Below are positions 50,134 to 64,000 of a DNA stretch of 64,000 nt, piece after piece (positions within the stretch are counted from its first letter, which is position 1; each line of letters opens with the position of its first letter). The translations under genes were made by a program, and so were the position numbers. Origin of the DNA: Spirochaetia bacterium (GTDB lineage: Bacteria; Spirochaetota; Spirochaetia; SZUA-6; Bin103); NCBI GenBank assembly GCA_965203055.1, contig OZ241863.1:672001-736000 (forward strand), given 5' to 3'. Under the pieces are notes generated by a model. It saw only the letters and a list, made by a program, of their open reading frames with translations. It was not told where the DNA came from and did not search any database.

Positions 50134-50167
50134 CGCCCCGCGGCGCCGGCCCCCGGCAGGCAGCGGC

Positions 50168-52225
50168 GTGCTGCTGGCAGCGCTGACCGAGCCGCTGATC
50201 GGCCTGCGCGGCGTGGGCCCGGCGGCGGTGCGCGCCATGGCGCGGCTGGGGGTGACGACCGTGGGCGAGCTGCTCGAGCACTTCCCGCGCGACCACGAAG
50301 ACCGCAGCCGCGTGACCCCGCTGGAGCTGGCCGCTCCCGGCCGCCCGCTAGTGGTGCAGGCGACGGTCGCGGCCCACCGCTGGTTCGGCCCGGGCGGGCG
50401 CCATCTGCGGGTGGAGCTGGCGGCCGAGCGCTCCGGGGAGCCGCCCCGCGCCGCGCTGCTCTGCTTCGGGCGCCGCTTTCTCGCCCGCTCCCTCCCCGTC
50501 GGCGCCCGCGTCACGGTGGCGGCGTCGTTCGAGCGGCGCGGCGGGCGGCTGGAGGCGGCGTCGTTCGAACTCCGGCGCGGCGCCGACGCCGCCGGCTTCG
50601 GGCGCATCATTCCGATCTATCCCCTTACCGAAGGAGTGCGCCCGGCGATGTTGCGCCGGATGATGCTCGCCGCGTGCGGCCGCCTGGGCGGGCTGGATAC
50701 CCCCTGGGATGCCGGTTGCCGGCGCCGCTGCCTGTTGCCGGTGGCCGCCGCGGTGCGGGCGCTGCACTTCCCCGACGATGCCGCCGCGCTGCGCCGCGCG
50801 CGCACCTCGCTCGCCTACGCCGAACTGCTGCGGCTGCAGACGGCGCTGTACCGGCGGCGCCCGCCGCGGCGCGTGCCGCGGCGCGCGGCCGGCGCGTTGC
50901 CCGGCCGGGTCGCCGGCGGACTGCGGTTTGCCCTTACCGGCGACCAGGAGGCGGCCCTGCGGGAGATCGTCGCCGGACTGCGCGCGCCGCGGCCCAGCGC
51001 CCGCCTGTTGCAGGGGGAGGTGGGCTGCGGCAAGACCCTGGTGGCGCTGCTGGCCGCCGCCTGGGTAATCGAGGCGCAGGAGCAGGTGGCGCTGATCGTG
51101 CCGACGGAACTGCTCGCGCGCCAGCACGCCCGCACCGCGGCGGCCATTCTCGGCCCCTGCGGGATCAAGGTGACGCTGTTGACCGGCGGGGCGTTGCCCG
51201 GCGCCGGCCGGCAGGCGCTGTTGGCGGCGCTGCGGCGGCGCGAGGTCGACCTGGTCGTGGGCACCCAGGCGCTGCTGCAGGAGGACGTGGCGTTCGCCGC
51301 CCTGGGGCTGGTGATCGTGGACGAGCAGCACCGCTTCGGGGTGGCCCAGCGGCGCCGCCTGCGGGAGCGCAATCCGGCGGCCGACCTGTTGCTCATGACG
51401 GCGACGCCGATCCCGCGCTCCCTCGCATTGACCGTGTACGGCGATCTGGAGCTGTCGGTGATTCGGCAGTTGCCGCCGGGGCGTTGCGCGGTTCGCACCT
51501 ACCTGGCGCGCAGCGACCGGTTGGGCGAGGTGTTCGCCCGGGTGCGCGGCGAGTTGGCCGGCGGCGGCCAGGCGTACTTCGTGGCTCCCCGGATCGGCGC
51601 GCCCGCGGCGGGCGCCGCCGGCGCGGACGGGGCGCCGGAGCACCCGGAGCCGGCGCCCGCCGCGCTTGGCGCAGTTCCCGACGCGCTGTCGCTGCACGCC
51701 TCCCTGAGCGCGGAGGTGTACCCGGAGTTCCGCGTCGGGTTGATCCACGGCGCCCTGCCGGAGCAGCGGAAGCACGCCGCCATGGAGGCCTTCCGCAACG
51801 GCGAGCTGGCGGTACTGGTGGCGACCACGGTGGTCGAGGTCGGCGTCGACGTCGCCGCCGCCACCGGCATGGTGGTGCTGGGCGCCGAACGGTTCGGACT
51901 GGCCACCCTGCACCAACTGCGCGGCCGCGTCGGGCGCGGCGCGCGCCCCGGCTACGCGTTTCTGGTCTACACGCCGCCGCTCGCCGCCGCCGGGGTAGAG
52001 CGGCTGCGGGCGTTGAAGGAGACCGGCGACGGATTCGAGCTGGCCGAGCGCGACCTGGCGCAGCGCGGACCGGGCGAGCTGCTCGGGCTGCGGCAGGCGG
52101 GCCTGCCCGAGTTGCGGATCGCGGAGTTGGGGCGCGATCTGGAGCTGGCCCGGCAGGCGCGGCGCGATGCCCGCGGCGCCCTTGCCGGGGAAGGCGCGGC
52201 GCCGGCCGCGGACTGCCCGGGGTAG
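50168..52225 (+). CDS. recG: ATP-dependent DNA helicase RecG
   Basis: LLQGEVGCGKT, DEQHRFG, MTATPIPRS, LHQLRGRVGR, RGPGE. Confidence 0.95.
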   Translation: MLLAALTEPLIGLRGVGPAAVRAMARLGVTTVGELLEHFPRDHEDRSRVTPLELAAPGRPLVVQATVAAHRWFGPGGRHLRVELAAERSGEPPRAALLCFGRRFLARSLPVGARVTVAASFERRGGRLEAASFELRRGADAAGFGRIIPIYPLTEGVRPAMLRRMMLAACGRLGGLDTPWDAGCRRRCLLPVAAAVRALHFPDDAAALRRARTSLAYAELLRLQTALYRRRPPRRVPRRAAGALPGRVAGGLRFALTGDQEAALREIVAGLRAPRPSARLLQGEVGCGKTLVALLAAAWVIEAQEQVALIVPTELLARQHARTAAAILGPCGIKVTLLTGGALPGAGRQALLAALRRREVDLVVGTQALLQEDVAFAALGLVIVDEQHRFGVAQRRRLRERNPAADLLLMTATPIPRSLALTVYGDLELSVIRQLPPGRCAVRTYLARSDRLGEVFARVRGELAGGGQAYFVAPRIGAPAAGAAGADGAPEHPEPAPAALGAVPDALSLHASLSAEVYPEFRVGLIHGALPEQRKHAAMEAFRNGELAVLVATTVVEVGVDVAAATGMVVLGAERFGLATLHQLRGRVGRGARPGYAFLVYTPPLAAAGVERLRALKETGDGFELAERDLAQRGPGELLGLRQAGLPELRIAELGRDLELARQARRDARGALAGEGAAPAADCPG

Positions 52226-52230
52226 CGGGT

Positions 52231-52791
52231 TTGCGAGTCACCGGAGGCCGCTATCGCGGGCGCCGCCTCGAGGTTCCGCCGCGCCCGGTGCGCCCGCCCA
52301 CCGACCGGCTGCGCGCGGCGCTGTTCGACGTGCTGGCGGCGCGCGGCGTGGAGTTGGAGGGCGCTAGCTTCCTCGACCTGTTCAGCGGCTCCGGGAGCAT
52401 GGCGGTCGAGGCCGCGTCGCGCGGCGCCGCCGCCGTCACCCTGGTGGAGCGAGACCCGCGCAAGCGCGCCTGCCTGCAGCGCAATACCAGCTTCGTGAGC
52501 GCCGCGGTGCGCATCCTCATCACCCCGTGCGAGCGCTTCCTGGGCCGCGCGCGGCCGCCGGCCGGTCAAGGGTGGGATCTGGCGTTCGTCGATCCTCCCT
52601 TCGCCTATCGCCGCAAGCCGGAGCTGCTGGCCGCGCTTGGCCGCGGCCGGTTGCTGCGCGCCGGCGCCCTGGTGTTGCTGCACCTGCCGGCGCGGGAGGC
52701 GCTGCCGGAGGTTGCCGGTCTCACCTGCCGCGAACGGCGCCGCTACGGCGGCTCGGCGGTATGCCTCTTCGACCGCGCGGCTGGTCGTTGA
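52231..52791 (+). CDS. rsmD: 16S rRNA m2G966 methyltransferase
   Basis: TTG start LRVTGGRYRGRRL, RPPTDRLR, DLFSGSG, EAASRGA, DPPF, RRYG. Confidence 0.9.
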   Translation: MRVTGGRYRGRRLEVPPRPVRPPTDRLRAALFDVLAARGVELEGASFLDLFSGSGSMAVEAASRGAAAVTLVERDPRKRACLQRNTSFVSAAVRILITPCERFLGRARPPAGQGWDLAFVDPPFAYRRKPELLAALGRGRLLRAGALVLLHLPAREALPEVAGLTCRERRRYGGSAVCLFDRAAGR

Positions 52792-52817
52792 CACGACCGC
52801 GGCTGCCGCGGTAGCTT
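52788..52817 (+). promoter_or_regulatory. Promoter upstream of tRNA-Thr
   Basis: TTGACA, 18 bp, TAGCTT. Confidence 0.55.
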
Positions 52818-52869
52818 GCCTGCCCGGAGGGAGTCTCGCGGCGCCCTTAGCCGGGAACGCCGTTGTCCG

Positions 52870-52942
52870 GCCTCTGTAGCTCAGTTGGTAGAGCACCACC
52901 ATGGTAAGGTGGGGGTCACCGGTTCAAGTCCGGTCGGGGGCT
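52870..52942 (+). tRNA. tRNA-Thr (GGT)
   Basis: GCCTCTG/CGGGGGC acceptor stem, GCTCAGTTGGTAGAGC D-arm, CCACC-ATGGTAA-GGTGG anticodon arm, GGTTCAAGTCC. Confidence 0.95.
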
Positions 52943-52970
52943 TGTCTTTTCCTCGGCAACGGTCTATATT
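52942..52970 (+). promoter_or_regulatory. Putative internal promoter for rpmG
   Basis: TTGTCT, 17 bp, TATATT; ATG 12 nt after the -10 box. Confidence 0.5.
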
Positions 52971-52982
52971 CTCGCTTCCGGG

Positions 52983-53174
52983 ATGGCGAAGGCAAAGACA
53001 GTCGAGTTGGTGTCGCTGGAGTGCGTGCCGTGTTCCGAGGGGGACGCGGGAGTCCGCGCGCGCAATTACACGACCCCCAAGAACCGCCGCACGGTGCAGG
53101 GGAAGCTGGAACTGAAGAAGTACTGCCCGCGGTGCCGCGCCCATACGCGGCATCGGGAGGGCCGGGTCAAGTAA
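52983..53174 (+). CDS. rpmG: 50S ribosomal protein L33 (Zn-binding type)
   Basis: LECVPC...[10 protein letters not shown]...[16 protein letters not shown]. Confidence 0.93.
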   Translation: MAKAKTVELVSLECVPCSEGDAGVRARNYTTPKNRRTVQGKLELKKYCPRCRAHTRHREGRVK

Positions 53175-53257
53175 GGTCCGCCCGGAGCCGCGCAATCGCC
53201 GCCGGGGGGCATCGGTCGGCCGGTGGCTGTCCGGGCGGGGGCGGCCGGCGCATCCAA

Positions 53258-53331
53258 AGGCCAGTAGCTCCAATCGGCAGAGCGCCGGTCTCCAAAACCG
53301 GATGTTGCAGGTTCGAATCCTGCCTGGCCTG
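53258..53331 (+). tRNA. tRNA-Trp (CCA)
   Basis: AGGCCAG/CTGGCCT acceptor stem, CCGGT-CTCCAAA-ACCGG anticodon arm, GGTTCGAATCC; canonical position before secE. Confidence 0.96.
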
Positions 53332-53393
53332 AAAGCGGTTATCGGCAGATGGGGCCGCGCCGCCGATAGCGTCATGCGAGCGTGTGAGGGGCT

Positions 53394-53573
53394 GTGAAGC
53401 GTATCGTTCAGTTTTTTCGCGAAAGCTACGCCGAGCTGCGCAAGGTTTCGTGGCCGAGCCGTGAGGAGGTTGGCAACTCAACCAGGATCGTACTGATATC
53501 GGTCGCGCTGATCGCGTTGGCTTTGGGGATCGTCGACTTCGTCTTCTTCCAGGCCATCGACTTCATCTTCTAG
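53394..53573 (+). CDS. secE: Preprotein translocase subunit SecE (59 aa; absent from the ORF track)
   Basis: GTG start; MKRIVQFFRESYAELRKVSWPSREEV plus one TM; between tRNA-Trp and nusG. Confidence 0.95.
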   Translation: MKRIVQFFRESYAELRKVSWPSREEVGNSTRIVLISVALIALALGIVDFVFFQAIDFIF

Positions 53574-53608
53574 GCGCGCGCCCGAAGTTTGCGGCCCAAC
53601 GAGCACAC

Positions 53609-54163
53609 ATGGCGAAAGGCTGGTACGTAGTTCACACTTATTCAGGTTACGAGAACAAGGTTCAGAGGCACCTGTCTCGCCTCATGGAGAGTCAGGTGTT
53701 CAAGGAGCAACTGTTCGACGTGAAGGTGCCGCAGGAAGAGGTGGTCGAAGTCCGGGACGGCAAGAAGCGGGTCACGTCGAAGAAGTTTCTGCCCGGCTAC
53801 ATCCTCCTGGAGATGGACCTCGGTGACGCGCGTTGGAAGGAGCTTACCTCCTCGATCCGCCGCATCCAGGGCGTGACGGCATTCGTCGGCGCGCAGACCG
53901 GCCGCAAGCCGCAACCGATCTCCGGTGACGAGGTGCGTTCGATACTGCAGAAGTCGGGCGCCATCAAGAACAATCGCGATATGCGCCCGCGGCAGACGTT
54001 CTCGCTCGGCGAGTCCGTGCGGATCGTGGACGGGCCGTTCGATTCCTTCACCGGCACGGTAGAGGAAGTCAACCTGGAAAAGGCCAAGCTGCGCGTCTCG
54101 GTCGGGATCTTCGGCCGCTCGACGCCGGTAGAGCTGGACTTTCTCCAGGTGGAGAAGGTGTAG
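53609..54163 (+). CDS. nusG: Transcription termination/antitermination factor NusG
   Basis: [20 protein letters not shown] domain, [10 protein letters not shown]. Confidence 0.97.
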   Translation: MAKGWYVVHTYSGYENKVQRHLSRLMESQVFKEQLFDVKVPQEEVVEVRDGKKRVTSKKFLPGYILLEMDLGDARWKELTSSIRRIQGVTAFVGAQTGRKPQPISGDEVRSILQKSGAIKNNRDMRPRQTFSLGESVRIVDGPFDSFTGTVEEVNLEKAKLRVSVGIFGRSTPVELDFLQVEKV

Positions 54164-54177
54164 GATCAGGAGTAAGC

Positions 54178-54609
54178 ATGGCCAAGAAACGGGTCAACGC
54201 GGTCGTCAAGCTGCAGGTGCCGGCGGGGCAGGCCACTCCGGCGCCGCCGGTGGGACCGGCCCTGGGGCCGCACGGCGTGAGCGCGCCGTTGTTCGTGCAA
54301 CAGTTCAACGACCGTACCAGGAATGAAGAGCCCGGCCTTACCATTCCGGTGGTGATAACGGTCTTCGCCGACCGCACCTTCAGCTTCGAGACCAGGACTC
54401 CGCCGGCGGCGGTGCTCATCAAGAAGGCGATCGGCCTCGACAAGGGGTCTGCCGAATCGAACCGCACCAAGGTCGGCGCCATCAGCCGCGCCATGCTCGA
54501 GGAGATTGCGGCCCGCAAGATGCCGGACCTCAATGCCAATGACGTGCAGGCCGCGGCCAGGGTGATCGCCGGTACGGCGCGCAGCATGGGCGTCACGGTG
54601 GAGGAGTAA
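54178..54609 (+). CDS. rplK: 50S ribosomal protein L11
   Basis: [19 protein letters not shown]. Confidence 0.97.
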   Translation: MAKKRVNAVVKLQVPAGQATPAPPVGPALGPHGVSAPLFVQQFNDRTRNEEPGLTIPVVITVFADRTFSFETRTPPAAVLIKKAIGLDKGSAESNRTKVGAISRAMLEEIAARKMPDLNANDVQAAARVIAGTARSMGVTVEE

Positions 54610-54614
54610 CGCGG

Positions 54615-55310
54615 ATGGCACGCAGCAAGCGCTACCGGGCGGCCGCGGAGCGGCGCGAAGGCGCCCGCAGCTACCCGCTCGCCCAAGCCCTCGCGCTGGT
54701 CAAGAGCAATGCCACGGCGAAGTTCGACGAGACCGTGGAATGCCACGTCAAGCTCAACCTCAAAGGCAACCAGACGGTGCGCGACACGACCGTGCTCCCG
54801 CACGGCTTTCGCGCCGAGCAGCGCATCCTGGTGTTTGCCCGCGGCGAGAAGGCCGACGAGGCGCAGGCCGCCGGGGCCGCGCACGTCGGGGCCGAGGAGC
54901 TGGTCGAGAAGATCCGCGGCGGTTGGCTGGACTTCGACGTAGCGGTGGCCACCCCCGACATGATGCGCCACGTAGGCCGGTTGGGGCCGGTGCTGGGCCG
55001 CCGCGGGTTGATGCCCAACCCCAAGACGCGCACCGTAACCAACGATCTGAGCGCCGCCATCGCGGAACTCAGACGCGGGCGGGTAGAGTTTCGCGCCGAC
55101 CGAACCGGCGTGGTGCACATGGCCGTCGGCAAGGTGTCGATGGATCCGCAGCCGGTCGGGGAGAACGTGTCCGCGCTGCTCGACGAGATCGGCAAGCGCC
55201 GTCCTTCCGACCTCAAGGGCGAATTCGTCGTCTCGGTGGCGGTGAGTTCGACCATGGGCCCCGGCATCAGGGTCGCGCCGGAGTCGGCGTCCGGCGCGGC
55301 GGCGCGGTGA
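54615..55310 (+). CDS. rplA: 50S ribosomal protein L1
   Basis: AKFDETVE, ATPDMM, RGLMPNPK, SSTMGPG. Confidence 0.97.
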   Translation: MARSKRYRAAAERREGARSYPLAQALALVKSNATAKFDETVECHVKLNLKGNQTVRDTTVLPHGFRAEQRILVFARGEKADEAQAAGAAHVGAEELVEKIRGGWLDFDVAVATPDMMRHVGRLGPVLGRRGLMPNPKTRTVTNDLSAAIAELRRGRVEFRADRTGVVHMAVGKVSMDPQPVGENVSALLDEIGKRRPSDLKGEFVVSVAVSSTMGPGIRVAPESASGAAAR

Positions 55311-55316
55311 GGCGCC

Positions 55317-55871
55317 ATGGCTAAGGGCGTGCAGCAGTACAAGATCGACCAGGTAGCGGCGCTGAAGGAGACGCTCGAGGAGCACCCCAACGTCTACTTC
55401 TCCGATTTTCGCGGCCTGACAGTCAGTCAGATTACCGAGCTGCGCCGGCTGCTCGGCGAGACCAACGCGCGCTATTCCGTGGTCAAGAATCGCTATACCA
55501 GAATCGCCTTGCGCGAGCTGGGGCGGGACGGCGTCGACGCCTACCTGACGGGGCCGACCGCGCTGGCGCTGGTGCGCGACGACGCGGCGGCGGTCTCCAA
55601 GGCGCTGCTCGACTTCGGCCGCACCGCGCCGGTCAAGGTGAAGGGCGGCTACGTCGACGGCAAGGCGATCGGTCCGCAGGAGGTGGCGGCGCTGTCGCGG
55701 CTGCCGAGCCGCGATCAGCTCATGGCCATGCTGCTGGCGGCCATGCAGGGTCCGGTGCGCAACCTCGCCTACCTGCTGCGCGGGTCGGTAGAACGGGTCG
55801 CGCGGGTAATGCAGGCGGTGGCCGAGCAGAAGGCCGAGCAGACGAAGAACGACCCCGGCGCAACCGGATAA
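55317..55871 (+). CDS. rplJ: 50S ribosomal protein L10
   Basis: DFRGLTV, VVKN, GPTAL, LPSRDQL. Confidence 0.96.
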   Translation: MAKGVQQYKIDQVAALKETLEEHPNVYFSDFRGLTVSQITELRRLLGETNARYSVVKNRYTRIALRELGRDGVDAYLTGPTALALVRDDAAAVSKALLDFGRTAPVKVKGGYVDGKAIGPQEVAALSRLPSRDQLMAMLLAAMQGPVRNLAYLLRGSVERVARVMQAVAEQKAEQTKNDPGATG

Positions 55872-55898
55872 ACATCAAGTCACTTAGGAGAGAATCAG

Positions 55899-56288
55899 AT
55901 GGCTGCAACCTCCATCGAGCAGATAATCGACACGATTTCGGGCATGACCGTGCTTGAGGTCTCGGAGCTGGTAAAGGCGTTCGAAGACAAGTTCGGGGTA
56001 AGCGCCGCGGCTCCCGCCGCGGTCGTGGCTGCCCCGGCGGCGGGCGCGGAACCGGCTGAGGAAGCGTTTGAGCAAACCGAGTTCACGGTGCTGCTGAAAG
56101 GCTTCGATACCGGCAAGAAGATCCCCATCATCAAAGAGGTGCGGGCGATTACCGGTCTCGGTCTCAAGGAGGCCAAGCAACTCGTGGAGACCCAGGACCG
56201 GCCGATAAAGGAAGCTGTCTCCAAGGAGGAAGCGCAAAAGCTGAAGGATCAGTTGGAGACCGCCGGCGGTACCGTCGAGGTCCAGTAA
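55899..56288 (+). CDS. rplL: 50S ribosomal protein L7/L12
   Basis: [26 protein letters not shown]. Confidence 0.97.
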   Translation: MAATSIEQIIDTISGMTVLEVSELVKAFEDKFGVSAAAPAAVVAAPAAGAEPAEEAFEQTEFTVLLKGFDTGKKIPIIKEVRAITGLGLKEAKQLVETQDRPIKEAVSKEEAQKLKDQLETAGGTVEVQ

Positions 56289-56316
56289 CGGCTGCCAACC
56301 GACAGCTTCCCCCTGT

Positions 56317-56339
56317 GCCGGCGGCAGGCCGCCGCCGGC
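56317..56339 (+). terminator. Hairpin in the rplL-rpoB spacer (possible attenuator/pause)
   Basis: GCCGGCGGC-AGGCC-GCCGCCGGC 9-bp stem; weak downstream U content. Confidence 0.35.
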
Positions 56340-56385
56340 TCCGTAGTTCAGTTGCTCACCTATCTCCAGGAGTGACACAAGCACG

Positions 56386-59934
<3,549 letters not shown>

Positions 59935-59945
59935 AGGAAGGCAGC

Positions 59946-64000
<4,055 letters not shown>

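Noticed and set aside
52896..52912. A at position 32 of the tRNA-Thr(GGT) anticodon loop
   Set aside because: The ATGGTAA loop occurs commonly in bacterial tRNA-Thr(GGU); not unusual.
53175..53393. GC-rich hairpins flanking tRNA-Trp as a novel ncRNA
   Set aside because: Most simply processing or spacer structures in a high-GC operon; no independent support.

Overview
High-GC bacterial chromosomal segment (roughly 70% GC by eye). It is most likely from a Spirochaetota member, inferred from the spirochaete-style RpoC N-terminus, a FliG1-like protein and a DUF6657-like protein. Most of the window is housekeeping: ilvBN, leuS, polA, aroC, leuA, asnS, hisB, ligA, argRCBDG, dnaE-hom-yggT-recG-rsmD, tRNA-Pro/Thr/Trp and rpmG-secE-nusG-rplKAJL-rpoB-rpoC (partial). 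A mosaic accessory island of about 8.8 kb (~15.8-24.6 kb), partly lower in GC, looks like a defence island. It carries a ClpP-fold (SDH_sah-like) serine protease with a small winged-helix-like partner (best candidate for an undescribed system), an IS1380 relic, a DUF262 + HEPN pair (PD-T4-2-like), an orphan type III-like DNA methyltransferase with a low-GC target-recognition segment, a nucleotidyltransferase relic and an Rpn nuclease with an internal ribosome-binding site for a small intragenic product. Regulatory features read directly from the sequence include a complete leucine attenuator upstream of leuA and ARG-box-like sites over the argR promoter. All family assignments come from motif recognition by eye; no database searches were run.
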